Assembly: GCA_039815185.1 (NCBI GenBank)
Contig: JBCBZT010000011.1
Coordinates: 1-64,000, forward strand
Source: Cyanobacteria bacterium P01_A01_bin.123
GTDB taxonomy: Bacteria > Cyanobacteriota > Cyanobacteriia > Phormidesmidales > Phormidesmidaceae
Length of the DNA stretch: 64,000 nt
Reading direction: 5' to 3'
Each line of letters opens with the position of its first letter. The first letter of the stretch is position 1. A program made the position numbers and the translations under genes. Of this stretch, positions 30,254 through 40,685 are shown in pieces. The notes under the pieces were generated by a model. That model was not told the DNA's origin and ran no database searches. It worked only from the letters and a program-made list of their open reading frames with translations.

Positions 30254-31570
30254 CTAGTCTTCATTGTCGTAGTTCACGGCTTCTAACACCATCTGTGCTA
30301 GCTTGCCAGCCGCACCGGGTTCACCCCGCACCGCACGCAAATCTTGGCGCATCCGTTCAAGTTTTTCGGGATGTTCGAGATAGTCAATCACAGTTTGGCC
30401 CAAATATTCTCCCGTCAGGGGGCCTAAGAATTCAGGGACGATCTCTCGCTTGGCCCATAGGTTGGGCCAGGCAAAGCGCTTACCTGTTTTTTCAATCAGG
30501 CGAATAGCAAGGCGATTAACCAGTTTAGTCAACGGAATGCCGATACCGGGGAGGTTAACGATCATGCCCAGTAAGCCATCCCAGGAGCGCATGGCCGTGA
30601 GCTGTTGGGTGGGCAGCAGTACTAGCATGGGCACGCCCAAGGCACCGAGTTCAGCCGTGTTGGCACCGATAGTGGTGAGGCAAAGCTGGCACTGGGTCAG
30701 GACTTCATAAGCCGGAAAGGGTTGCCAAAGATAGAGTTTTGCTCCTGACTTGGTTTTCAGGTAAGGCAAAGCTTGGGGACCATCGGGCACCACCAGCGTA
30801 ACTGGGGGCCCACCCATCAGATCAACCGCAGGGTTATGTTCAGGGTCGGTAAAGCGGGTCAGGCTGGTTAAATCTAGGCTCGGCGCAACGGGGATGATAC
30901 AGCAAACGCTGGGGCGATGGCGATAGAGATAGTCGGCGATCGCGCAAATCAACGGCACCCCAGGTTTAAGTTTGTTAGGTTTTGACCCTGGCATCAGGGC
31001 GAGGAGTTCGGTCTTGGGCGTTAGGGAAAGCTGATGGGCAACCATTTCACCCTGGCCATCCAAGGTATTGGGGACATCGCACATCAAATCGCCAACGACA
31101 GTCAGTTTATGGCGGTACTGGGTAGACACTTTAGTTTGCACCGTGGCGTTCATTACACCGTAGCGATCGCCCCAGGGGAGCCACCGCGCGTCCCATTCGG
31201 CATAGATCACCGTTTTGTAGCCCAGATGTTTGCCGACTACGAGCGGATAGACCTGATCGCCACCCAGGAAAACCACCACACCGCGATCGCGCCAGTCCCA
31301 ATCAGCCGCCGTCTTACCCCGCAATAGAAACGGCCAAAAGTCCCCGGCACCCTGCACCCGATCCACTTCGGGATAGCGTTGCACAATCTCGGCTTCTTGA
31401 CCGCTGGCGTGGGGACAGGGGGAAAGGACGACTGAAATCCGCATGCGATCGTGCTTTGGCGCGAGCTGCCTCAATGTTCTAACCACGGGTTTTACCCAGG
31501 TCATCACTTCCCCAGGGCCATTGGACAGGATCACAATGTCAATCGGCTCCACACCCGTTATCCTCATCAC
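30254..31570 (-). CDS. Lipid-A-disaccharide synthase (LpxB)-like GT-B glycosyltransferase
   Basis: ILSNGPGE, FLGGDQ, LMPGSK, TTIGANTAE, AWPNLWA.REIVPE. Confidence 0.75.
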   Translation of the reverse strand: MMRITGVEPIDIVILSNGPGEVMTWVKPVVRTLRQLAPKHDRMRISVVLSPCPHASGQEAEIVQRYPEVDRVQGAGDFWPFLLRGKTAADWDWRDRGVVVFLGGDQVYPLVVGKHLGYKTVIYAEWDARWLPWGDRYGVMNATVQTKVSTQYRHKLTVVGDLMCDVPNTLDGQGEMVAHQLSLTPKTELLALMPGSKPNKLKPGVPLICAIADYLYRHRPSVCCIIPVAPSLDLTSLTRFTDPEHNPAVDLMGGPPVTLVVPDGPQALPYLKTKSGAKLYLWQPFPAYEVLTQCQLCLTTIGANTAELGALGVPMLVLLPTQQLTAMRSWDGLLGMIVNLPGIGIPLTKLVNRLAIRLIEKTGKRFAWPNLWAKREIVPEFLGPLTGEYLGQTVIDYLEHPEKLERMRQDLRAVRGEPGAAGKLAQMVLEAVNYDNED

Positions 31571-32047
31571 GTCAAAGCTGTTTTCAGCATGCTGTTTTCA
31601 GCATATCGTTCGTATTGAGCTGTGTTGGTTTATCCAACTTACTTAAGTAGGCTTAAATCTTCCACGGCAAAGAATCAACAAATGTAAAGCAAAGACGAAG
31701 AAAAGTAGCAATCTCTCAGACAATTGATGTACATCGAAGCTGGAATATGCAGACTAAGCGTAGATTTTTACGTATTTTCTCGCATTTGCTGCTGTCATTC
31801 CCTTCAGATTTCCTTCCCTGGAAAACTTTAGGTACACACGCATAGGCCCTGTATCTAAAGTTCCGTCACTCAACGTTGTCCTGAATGTGTCCCGTGATTG
31901 CTGGCGATTAATGCAACGGCGTTTTAAGCCCTACTGACTTGATTCAGGGAGACACATCATCTTCAACAATTCGCGTCCTGAACTGACTTACAGTGCAGTT
32001 CAGGGTAATTAGGCTAGAGTCTAGAGTTCTCGATACAGGTACACGCT

Positions 32048-33043
32048 ATGGTTGCAAGTGCATCGCTTCGTCAAGTTCCCGCTGAAAAATCGGTTCAATC
32101 GCTTCACTCTTTCTCAAAAACCTGGGCCCAACGATATGTGAGGCAGGTCAACGATCGACGCATCCTTGAATCTGCCCTGTATCAAGCTCCTCTATCCCGT
32201 GAGAGGCTGGCCGAGCAAATGATTCAGTCGCTTAGACCGATTAGCGCTAGGGCTTGGTCGAAGACAGAAGCCTTGCTTGCTAAAGAGATCGTGAATCATC
32301 AACTGAGTCAGGATTTGATTGATCCCTGGGCGATCGCGGAAGATGTGTATCACGTTTATGTTCAAGCTTTGACTAGCTATGCTAAAGCATTGCCCTCTGA
32401 ACGCTTTGCCATTGAAATCGCCCAGCAGCTAGGCCGCATCCGACAAAAATATACGGCTGTTGATCCGCGCGTAATTGCTTTTGTCAGTATGCAGTTTCAC
32501 TACACCGGGCAGCTGCTCTTGGAGACCCTATCTTCCCCCCATCGGGCCCGGCTGCAACTGTTTTTTAAGGCGATTGATGATCATTTGTACATGCCTTTAC
32601 ACCGTGCCTATGATGCGGCAGCTAACTACGATTACCGCGATATGGAGCTGCAAAGCGTTCGTTGTCTCCTCCCTGAAAGTAGCCGCATTGCCAAACAGAT
32701 CGTCAATCAGGTGCATCAGGCTTTTCACAACCATCGTTGCTATAGTGGCCCCCTCAATGATTTAACCGTGCAAGCCGCGAGCATTCGTGATGTAGAGATG
32801 TTTCAGGCCTACTTATGGGTTTGCATTTTAGAGCGAAATATTCACTCAGTGCAGCAAGAATTGTTTCCGCTATGCGTGATGCTCTATCCCACGCTTAATG
32901 TGTCCTGGTCAATGGTGCGACAAATGTTAACTCACCTTGATAGCAGTATCCATCGCTTGCTAACGCCTGAGCAATGGCAGGTTTGTGTACCTTACTTGGG
33001 AGCGATGCATCAAATCTTTTCCCGCGAGGTTTTTGATTCATAG
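32048..33043 (+). CDS. Hypothetical protein, predicted mostly helical
   Basis: 331-aa ORF with family-like blocks DPRVIAFVSMQFHYTG, IDDHLYMPL.RAY, RDVEMFQAYLW. Confidence 0.75.
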   Translation: MVASASLRQVPAEKSVQSLHSFSKTWAQRYVRQVNDRRILESALYQAPLSRERLAEQMIQSLRPISARAWSKTEALLAKEIVNHQLSQDLIDPWAIAEDVYHVYVQALTSYAKALPSERFAIEIAQQLGRIRQKYTAVDPRVIAFVSMQFHYTGQLLLETLSSPHRARLQLFFKAIDDHLYMPLHRAYDAAANYDYRDMELQSVRCLLPESSRIAKQIVNQVHQAFHNHRCYSGPLNDLTVQAASIRDVEMFQAYLWVCILERNIHSVQQELFPLCVMLYPTLNVSWSMVRQMLTHLDSSIHRLLTPEQWQVCVPYLGAMHQIFSREVFDS

Positions 33044-33143
33044 GGAATCTCGCTATTTGGGGTGAAGGGTTTGGCTTACGAATACTCAAGAAAACGCTAG
33101 CCTAGATCGAGTCATCGTGATTCCGTTTTTTTGAGAGCATCTT

Positions 33144-33992
33144 GTGACTCAGCCCGAAGTTTTACGCAACCTGCTGGATGCCGTGGCCCAAGGACAGGTC
33201 AGTCCTGAATCGGCCTACACCAAGCTCCAGCACCTCGACTATGAAGCTATTGAAGACTTTGCCAAAATCGATCACCACCGTGCCCTACGAACTGGCTTTC
33301 CAGAAGTGATTTGGGGGCCAGGAAAAACCGCATCGCAAATCGTGGCGATTATGCGCGCCATGCGCGATCGCAACTCAGTGGTAATGGCAACTCGTATTGA
33401 GCCGGAAGTGTATGAAACGCTGCGATCGCAGTTGCCAGACTTGATTTACTACGCAGCAGCCCGCATTTGCGCCTTGGGTGCGCTCAACTCAGCCCCAACG
33501 CAACCGGGAATCATGAGCATAATTACCGCCGGGACGGCTGATTTACCTGTAGCTGAAGAAGCGGCGATTACGGCTGAACTCTCAGGCTTTCAGGTGCGGC
33601 GATTGTGGGACGTGGGGGTTGCCGGCATCCATCGCCTGCTCAGCAATCGCCACGTGATTGATCAAGCCGATGTGTTGGTTGTTGTAGCAGGTATGGAGGG
33701 GGCACTCCCCAGCGTGGTCGCGGGGATGGCCAATTGTCCTGTAATTGCGGTTCCCACCAGTGTCGGCTATGGGGCCAATTTCGGTGGACTCGCCCCATTG
33801 TTAACCATGCTCAATTCTTGCGCAGCGGGTATTGGTGTGGTGAACATTGACAACGGCTTTGGAGCAGCCGTGCTAGCAGGACAAATTTTACGTACTGCGG
33901 CCCGGCTTGGCTCAAGCGAAAGAACCAAAGGAAGCCAAGAGGAGGGTATATATTTACGGGAGCTAGGCACCAGAATTCGGGCATCAGAATAG
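33144..33992 (+). CDS. larB: LarB / CpmA (PurE-like) protein
   Basis: FAKIDHHR..RTGFPEVI, AGTADLPVAEEA, DVGVAGIHRL, AGMEGALPSV, VNIDNGFGAA. Confidence 0.9.
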   Translation: MTQPEVLRNLLDAVAQGQVSPESAYTKLQHLDYEAIEDFAKIDHHRALRTGFPEVIWGPGKTASQIVAIMRAMRDRNSVVMATRIEPEVYETLRSQLPDLIYYAAARICALGALNSAPTQPGIMSIITAGTADLPVAEEAAITAELSGFQVRRLWDVGVAGIHRLLSNRHVIDQADVLVVVAGMEGALPSVVAGMANCPVIAVPTSVGYGANFGGLAPLLTMLNSCAAGIGVVNIDNGFGAAVLAGQILRTAARLGSSERTKGSQEEGIYLRELGTRIRASE

Positions 33993-34075
33993 TTTTCTTC
34001 TGCCAACTCGATAACCCTCTACCCACTGAATACTCAGGGGATAAACGGCAATACTCCCAATGCTGACTGCTCTGG

Positions 34076-34465
34076 CTACAAAGTTTCCAGATACTGCAGC
34101 AGATCAGCCATTACCTCGGCTTCAGGTTGAAACTGAGGCATGGGTGGGGTTTTACCGCCAATCACCTGTTCGATCAACCCAACTTCTGACTTACGTTCAG
34201 AAATGCCTTGTAAGCTAGGGCCGACCTCACCAGAAGCTTCTAACCCATGACAGGTGGCACAGTTCATCTGAAATATCAATCGTCCATGGGCAGCATCGCC
34301 GTTGAGAGATAACACTTCTAGTATGTAAGGATCAGACACCTTGAAGTGCTGGATCCCAATGACGACGAGCACGATCAACACAACAGCCGCAACCAGCGCG
34401 GCTACCAATCTCTGAGGGCCACGAGCTGCCGGATTAACTTTGGTTTCAAAAGTCTCTTGTGTCAA
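34076..34465 (-). CDS. cytM: Cytochrome cM
   Basis: TM anchor, CATCH heme motif, VGPSL, GKTPPMPQFQP; divergent from petG. Confidence 0.85.
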   Translation of the reverse strand: MTQETFETKVNPAARGPQRLVAALVAAVVLIVLVVIGIQHFKVSDPYILEVLSLNGDAAHGRLIFQMNCATCHGLEASGEVGPSLQGISERKSEVGLIEQVIGGKTPPMPQFQPEAEVMADLLQYLETL

Positions 34466-34817
34466 GGGTAACGTGTTGATTCGTTAAAACTATGATGTCT
34501 TATGATTACATAGCTTAAAGTTTTCTCATCAACCCAGGCAAGGGGAACAGTACAAAAAACATCTTGGAAACTCAGTTTTTCCTCAAAATTATTGGGATGA
34601 AGGCGCTTTAGAGGGGCACAGTCGCAGTTCAAGTCCTTGGAAAGGCGTTGCAGTTTTTAACAATGGGTGGCAATTCCTATTACTATAAGTGAAGGTGATT
34701 ACATCAGACGCTCTGTCACATTGCTGCTTGGGTAAAGCGATTCAGCAACACTCAGCATATTCAGCAATGTGGTTCAAGCTATATTTAACGTGCCGTTATC
34801 GATGAAGGAGAATTGAC

Positions 34818-34931
34818 GTGGTTGAGCCTCTGCTGAGTGGAATTGTGTTGGGTTTGATTCCTGTAACGTTGGCAGGCCTATTTTTTGCGGCCTATATGCA
34901 ATACCGCCGGGGCAATCAGTTTGATCTGTAG
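34818..34931 (+). CDS. petG: Cytochrome b6f subunit V (37 aa; not in the ORF track)
   Basis: GTG start after [43 protein letters not shown]. Confidence 0.97.
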   Translation: MVEPLLSGIVLGLIPVTLAGLFFAAYMQYRRGNQFDL

Positions 34932-35003
34932 CTTCAGTTCCGGTTATGGCTCAGAGTTGGGGGTTGATTCATCCCGATGGCGCTTCATCCCTATCACTCG
35001 TTG

Positions 35004-35027
35004 AAAGCCCGCGATCGCGGGCTTTTT
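35004..35027 (+). terminator. petG terminator centred on HIP1
   Basis: AAAGCCC-GCGATCGC-GGGCTTTTT. Confidence 0.8.
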
Positions 35028-35033
35028 GCATAT

Positions 35034-35138
35034 TATGGCGCTGGCCAGATGGCTTAATGCACCGAGTATCACTGGGATGCTGAGTCCACAAGCAATCTGG
35101 CTCGCCGTAGCGCACAAAGCTTTGTGGCTACCGTTAAT
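35034..35138 (+). repeat. 105-bp dispersed structured repeat, copy 1
   Basis: Aligns without gaps to 43918-44022(-) and 61655-61759(+). Confidence 0.9.
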
Positions 35139-35154
35139 AGCTCCGTTCAAGCCC

Positions 35155-37587
35155 CTATAGCTGAGCCAGTAATCCAGGTAGCAGGGCTGAAGGGACTTGG
35201 GCTAGCGCTTCTTGCTGCCCCGCCAACCCGAGCAATTGATAGTGGGCCCGAATGGTTTGAGCTAAAGTTGTCAGGGCTGGATCAGAAACGGACAACACTG
35301 TGTGGCTAGCGACTGCGATCGCGGCTAAAGCATGGGTCAGCGCTCTAGCGAGGTGTAACGATTGCGTTTGACCAGCTAACTCCTGGTTTTCTGCCAACTG
35401 CCGATAGAGTACCGCCAGGCTATGGTGGGTCGTTTTGGGATCAAAGCTCAGTAGCGAAGTCCCACCCTGCTGAGTTTGTAACCGCTGCACCGCCTTCAGT
35501 GCCGATTGGTAAGCTGCGATCGCCCGTCGCCATAGTTTCCGTTGTCGATGGGCAGACTCACTTTGTAGTTTGGCCAATTCCCAATAGGCCGTACCCAGAT
35601 TGTTTTGAGTGGAGGCACAACCGATTGGGTCAACGGCTAAGGTGCGATAGGCCAGGGCGCTGTGGTAGGCCGCGATCGCTTGTTTGAGCATCAACCCAGG
35701 CTGCTGGAACTGGGACAGACTCCAGTAGGCAATCCCCAGGTTGTTTTGGATCATGGCATAACAGCCCGGATCTTGATGGGGTTGGCAATGGTGGCGAGCT
35801 TCGAGATAGGCCGTAATGGCGTGGTCGAGGTAAGGTCGGGCCGTACCATACTGTGCAAGCCGCCAGTAAATAGCTCCCAAACTGTTTTGCAGCGAGGCAT
35901 ATTCTAACGGCGCAGCCTCCGCCTGCAGATGCTGGAGTGCTTTATGATAAGCCGCGATCGCTTGCTTAAGATAATGCTCTGGCTGGTCGTGGTTAGCCAA
36001 AACGCTGCAGACCGCTGCCAAGTTACTGTGGAGACGACTGAGAGCATCCGGATCTGCTGCTGCATACTGAGTGCCCTTTTGATAAGTTACCAGCGCCTTT
36101 TGGAGCAGTGATAGGGCTTCAGTAGGCACCTCAATTTGTTGAGCTTGCAGCCAATAGAGACTGCCTAAATCATTCAGTAAATCGCTTTGCCCTGGGGCGG
36201 TGATAGGTAATTCCTGATGAGCGCCTTCATAAGCGGCAATCGCAGCGTTAATCAAGTGTGCGTGGCTTTCTCCTGCGGTCAAGCGATCGCGATAATGTTG
36301 CCCCAACGCCCAATAAGTGTTGGCTAACACGACTGTATCAGTACCCTGTTGGGTGAGTTGTTCAATCCGTTGAAACAGCGTTATTTCTAGAGGCATTTGC
36401 TGGGGAGCAGCCCGACGCAAGGCTACCAAACTATCCGAGTCAGGCCTCCTCTCCGTGAGGGGAGCCTCGATCAAGGAAGGGAGCGGTGGAGAAGGGGGAG
36501 TTGCAGGTTGGCGATTTAAAGACGCGATCGCTAAAGCTGGCGGCACAACTCCTGTTTCCTTCCCAGCTTCTTCATGAAGGGTTGCCTGGGGCTGAATGGG
36601 GTGCGGTTCATCCCGATCGGGAGCCGACTTAGCAGACTGGGCGGGATAAATGATTGGATTGGGCCGTTCACCACCAGTCCCCGTCTCTGTAAGGGCTGAC
36701 TTTGAGGCCAGATCGCCCCAGAGTTGCGACCGATGAGCCTGCAAGGGTTGCTGCTGAGTGCGCTTGATCCGGCGGGATGGCGCCAAATCCTTTTGGCGAA
36801 TCGACAAGGGGCGGGGGCGTAATCCAAGATTCTCCTCATCCTGCGGATGCTCACGGCGATCCGCTGTCTGGATTTGGGGAGATTGGGGGGCTGGCTGCAT
36901 AAAGGTCAGAGCCGGGGGCGGAGTTCCTGTCGAGAGCCATTGGCCATCGGGCAACGGCTCTGTTTCCATCGGCGTCGGTTCGCCCGCGAATTCGAACACG
37001 CCTGTTCGACAGTGCCAAAACTCGGGAGCAGCCTGCTGAATCGAACGAAACCAGGGCCACGGTAACCAAATCAATAGGCTACAGTCTAATTGATTAACCA
37101 GCGTTTCAATCGATTGCAACGAATTTAAAAATTGCCGCTGTTGCGCCCCAGACTGACGAGTCAGATGTTCGACCCCTACAATTTGCAAACACCACTCCTG
37201 AGCGGTTGGGTTGGGGATAGTCTGGCGCGATCGCTGTAAAGTGCTCCACACCTGCCGTCTTAGACCTGGCCCATGGACATCTAACCCCAGTGTGACGACC
37301 TGTGGCGCTCCGGGTTGAACGGGAAACGTACTCCCTCGGCTATCCAAACTATCCGTTAGCGATTTTGCCGAATCGTCCCCCCTCATCGCCCCCTTTTTTC
37401 GGGAGCAATTATCTTGGGAGAAATCATCGGCGAGTTGCGCGATCAAACGGTTCCGCAAATTCAGATCATCACAGACCGCAATCAAGATTTGGTGCCTTAA
37501 CTTTAGGGTCAACGCGAGTTTTAACCGCTCATAGGTGCGGTGATTTAACCCTAAAACGCGGCGAGATGGCAGCTCAGACACAACCAT
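35155..37587 (-). CDS. TPR-repeat protein with a degenerate NTPase-like N-terminal domain
   Basis: Repeated QN(N/S)LG..YW TPRs; N-terminal LLIWLP..AAPEFW block; Pro-rich linker. Confidence 0.82.
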   Translation of the reverse strand: MVVSELPSRRVLGLNHRTYERLKLALTLKLRHQILIAVCDDLNLRNRLIAQLADDFSQDNCSRKKGAMRGDDSAKSLTDSLDSRGSTFPVQPGAPQVVTLGLDVHGPGLRRQVWSTLQRSRQTIPNPTAQEWCLQIVGVEHLTRQSGAQQRQFLNSLQSIETLVNQLDCSLLIWLPWPWFRSIQQAAPEFWHCRTGVFEFAGEPTPMETEPLPDGQWLSTGTPPPALTFMQPAPQSPQIQTADRREHPQDEENLGLRPRPLSIRQKDLAPSRRIKRTQQQPLQAHRSQLWGDLASKSALTETGTGGERPNPIIYPAQSAKSAPDRDEPHPIQPQATLHEEAGKETGVVPPALAIASLNRQPATPPSPPLPSLIEAPLTERRPDSDSLVALRRAAPQQMPLEITLFQRIEQLTQQGTDTVVLANTYWALGQHYRDRLTAGESHAHLINAAIAAYEGAHQELPITAPGQSDLLNDLGSLYWLQAQQIEVPTEALSLLQKALVTYQKGTQYAAADPDALSRLHSNLAAVCSVLANHDQPEHYLKQAIAAYHKALQHLQAEAAPLEYASLQNSLGAIYWRLAQYGTARPYLDHAITAYLEARHHCQPHQDPGCYAMIQNNLGIAYWSLSQFQQPGLMLKQAIAAYHSALAYRTLAVDPIGCASTQNNLGTAYWELAKLQSESAHRQRKLWRRAIAAYQSALKAVQRLQTQQGGTSLLSFDPKTTHHSLAVLYRQLAENQELAGQTQSLHLARALTHALAAIAVASHTVLSVSDPALTTLAQTIRAHYQLLGLAGQQEALAQVPSALLPGLLAQL

Positions 37588-38070
37588 GTGTAATGACGGA
37601 AAGCAGGAAAACGCAAGTGATGCATCAATCTTCCTAGAATCCCAGGGTCAGTCAGGAATAACCTCGCGGCTGAATTGTGTCTGCAGATCCTAGATGTGCT
37701 TCAGTCAATTTGGCTCCACTGAATAATCCATCGAGTACCGCTGAACCGTTTTACCCGCGCAGCGACGGGCACGCACAACCCGACCGGACGAAAACTCAAG
37801 AAACAGATTGTGGCGCTTGCCATGGCTGGGCATTGCGATCTGCCTCTTTTAATATGAATATAAACAAATCGTTACAAAAACGTGGTTTACTTTGGTTCTG
37901 GCTCCAGTAGGATGGCCTTCTAATACCCATCACACGCTCAGGCGTTGCAAAATCGAGTTGTATATGATGATTAAACCTGTGTGAGCTTATAGCTAGCTTG
38001 CCTGAGGTTAACTGGTAGCATAAAAGACATTTGTGGCGAAATTTTCTCAAAGAGAGTCAGGAGGCAATCC

Positions 38071-38697
38071 GTGCAGCAATGTGGATTTGGGACAGTATTG
38101 GCAGATAAACCACAACCTAAGGCCGCCACGGGCAGTCTGATTATCTTTACTGGCCCCAGTGGTGTCGGCAAAGGGACCTTGCTTAAAGCACTCGTGAAGC
38201 GTCATCCTCATCTTTATGTTTCGATATCAGCGACAACTCGCAGCCCTCGTCCAGGGGAAGTACATGGTCAGCACTATTACTTTGTCAGCCGTGAGCACTT
38301 CCAGCACATGATGATGACCGGAGAGCTATTGGAATGGGCCGAGTTTGCAGGTAATTTTTACGGCACGCCTAAACAGGCCGTCATCGATCAAGTTCACGCA
38401 GGCCAGTCTGTAGTCTTAGAGATTGAACTAGAGGGAGCACGCCAGATACATCGCGCGTTTCCGAATGCTTGCCGGATTTTTATCTTGCCGCCGTCTATTG
38501 ACGAGTTAGAACATCGGATTCGCCTACGGGGACAAGACGATGACAGTGCGATCGCTCAGCGTCTAGAGCATGCTCGGAGAGAGATTGAAGCCGCCGCTGA
38601 ATTCGACGTCCAAATTGTCAATGATGATTTGGAACAAGCCCTACAACAGCTTGAACAAGTCTTGTTTTCGGAAGTGTCTATCTCACCTGCCAATTGA
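38071..38697 (+). CDS. gmk: Guanylate kinase
   Basis: GPSGVGKGT, SATTRSPRPGE, YGTP. Start may be slightly downstream. Confidence 0.96.
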   Translation: MQQCGFGTVLADKPQPKAATGSLIIFTGPSGVGKGTLLKALVKRHPHLYVSISATTRSPRPGEVHGQHYYFVSREHFQHMMMTGELLEWAEFAGNFYGTPKQAVIDQVHAGQSVVLEIELEGARQIHRAFPNACRIFILPPSIDELEHRIRLRGQDDDSAIAQRLEHARREIEAAAEFDVQIVNDDLEQALQQLEQVLFSEVSISPAN

Positions 38698-38787
38698 GTT
38701 GCAGGCTAACGGTTAATCGTCCCTCCAGGCCTGACAGTCAAGAAGCTTGCAGTCCTTAAGGGGCTGAAACTTTCGCAGCGAAGTTGT

Positions 38788-38828
38788 TTATGGCAACCCC
38801 CACAAAGCTTTGTGCCGTAACGGCCTAT
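38788..38828 (-). repeat. Partial, diverged copy of the 105-bp repeat (3' hairpin only)
   Basis: Core palindrome CACAAAGCTTTGTG at 38801-38814 with a GCCGT flank on the minus strand. Confidence 0.6.
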
Positions 38829-38856
38829 CAGCTCCCGATTAGTCAACTATCCATCA

Positions 38857-40680
38857 CTAACTGGGCGTGGGCGGAATGCCTTCTATGCTGACAAGCGACT
38901 CAATCATCGTTTTGACAATCGGTGCAGCAACCGTTGATCCGTAGGCGTCGTCACCCTTGGGGCTATCAACAACAGCCAAGATCACGTAGCGGGGGGTTTC
39001 AACTGGCAAGATACCCACAAAGCTAGTGATTCGTTCTCGCGTGTAGTAGCCATTGAGCGCTTTTTGAGCAGTTCCAGTTTTGCCACCAATGCGGTAGCCC
39101 GACACTTGAGCTGGTTCACCCGTCCCGTCTTGGACGACGGCTTCCATCATCTTCAGCACTTCAGTGGTGGTCTGGGGCGAAAAGACCTGTACGGCGTCTG
39201 ACATTTCTGGCTGCCACTGAGCCTCCCCTTGCGAATCAATTAATCCTTTGACCACGTGGGGCGTGACCAAACGCCCGCCGTTCGCCAGGCTGGCCTGCAA
39301 TTGGAGCATCTGCAGCGGTGTCATCGCAAACCCTTGGCCAAAAGCAGTAGTGGCAGGTTCAATCCGACTGCGCATAAATTGCGCCTGGTTCTTGAGTTGA
39401 GCCGTGGCTTCTGCAGGTAGATCAATCCCGGTGGGTTGACCTAAGCCTAGCTTGACTAACCAATTAAAGTAGCGTTCGGGTTCTAATTGAGCCATCAGGT
39501 GCACCATACCCACATTGCTAGAATGCTGGAGTACCTGGGCTAGCGTTAAGGTGCCGCGCCCCCCGGCTGAGGCATAATCAGCATTTTTGATTTCCCACTT
39601 ACCAATTTTTATGTGGCCCTGATCGTAAACAGTGGCATCAGCAGCAACTCCTTCTTCTAGAGCGATCGCGACGTTAATCGGCTTAAAGGTAGATCCGGGT
39701 TCATAGAGATCGCTGACGGCCCAGTTTTTAATCCATTCCAAATCAGCATCAAAATACGTGTTGGGGTCAAAGGAGGGTTCAGTCACCATCGACAAAAGCG
39801 ATCCATCTTTTGCATCCATCACCAGCACGGTGCCTCGTTCTGCCCCATACTTCTGGATCTGTTGGCGCAAGCTGATTTGAGCGACCCGTTGTAACCGGCT
39901 ATCTAGGGTGAGTTGCAGCTGGAGATCATCACTAGATAGAGCCTGATCTGTTGGATCCAGGACAAATCGCTGGGATGAATTGGCCTCAGCCCTTTGCCCT
40001 AACGGGGTCAATAGCTCCTCTCGATTGGTGTATTCCAACCCGGCTTGGGCATTACCTTCTAGGTCGACGTAGCCAACAACCTCGGAGAATAAATCTTGTT
40101 GCGGGTAGAACCGCCTCAGATAAGGAATTAGCTCTAGGCCATCCTGTCTCAAATTATGGATTTTGCGGGCGACCTCTTCGGATAGATCTTTGGCAACGGT
40201 GATCCCAGTTTGTTGTTGGCCAAAGGTTTCTACTAATGAAGCCGGGGGTTGATTGAGCATTGGCCCCAGAACATCAGCAATGACTTGCCCCGATTGCTTA
40301 AATAAGAGGGGGTGTGCATAGAGGGTAAACCTGGCCTGATCGATGGCCAGTACGTTCCCCTGGCGATCCACAATTGGGCGGCGTTCCGCAGGTGGATTGA
40401 GGCCATAGAACTGTTGCTGCTGGTGAGCCATGCCTGCTAGGGCTGGCCCTTGTAACAGTTGCAGTTGGGCAAGCCGACCGAGCAGCCCAACCATCGCCAA
40501 CATCAGCACAAGCCAAACAAATAAAGCTCGGAGTTTTAGTGCAGGTGGGCGATAGCGACGGGCCCGTCTAGAAGATTTGGCGGAACGGCGACGGCGATGG
40601 CCTGCTGGGGCCGATCTTTGTCTTTGACCATCGCGACGGGTTAGGAGAGCAGGGGAAGCCATGAACAGCAGGTCAGCCAA
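38857..40680 (-). CDS. ftsI: Class B penicillin-binding protein (FtsI/PBP3-like)
   Basis: YEPGSTFK (SxxK), SSN, GKTGTA; downstream of an FtsL-like gene. Confidence 0.88.
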   Translation of the reverse strand: MADLLFMASPALLTRRDGQRQRSAPAGHRRRRSAKSSRRARRYRPPALKLRALFVWLVLMLAMVGLLGRLAQLQLLQGPALAGMAHQQQQFYGLNPPAERRPIVDRQGNVLAIDQARFTLYAHPLLFKQSGQVIADVLGPMLNQPPASLVETFGQQQTGITVAKDLSEEVARKIHNLRQDGLELIPYLRRFYPQQDLFSEVVGYVDLEGNAQAGLEYTNREELLTPLGQRAEANSSQRFVLDPTDQALSSDDLQLQLTLDSRLQRVAQISLRQQIQKYGAERGTVLVMDAKDGSLLSMVTEPSFDPNTYFDADLEWIKNWAVSDLYEPGSTFKPINVAIALEEGVAADATVYDQGHIKIGKWEIKNADYASAGGRGTLTLAQVLQHSSNVGMVHLMAQLEPERYFNWLVKLGLGQPTGIDLPAEATAQLKNQAQFMRSRIEPATTAFGQGFAMTPLQMLQLQASLANGGRLVTPHVVKGLIDSQGEAQWQPEMSDAVQVFSPQTTTEVLKMMEAVVQDGTGEPAQVSGYRIGGKTGTAQKALNGYYTRERITSFVGILPVETPRYVILAVVDSPKGDDAYGSTVAAPIVKTMIESLVSIEGIPPTPS

Positions 40681-40685
40681 TAAAA

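Noticed and set aside
34944..35150. 68-aa ORF sharing SHKALCAT with the end of 61652..62110
   Set aside because: The similarity is simply translation of the 105-bp repeat.
37620..38070. Short ORFs or ncRNA between the TPR gene and gmk
   Set aside because: No motif, RBS or convincing structure could be supported.
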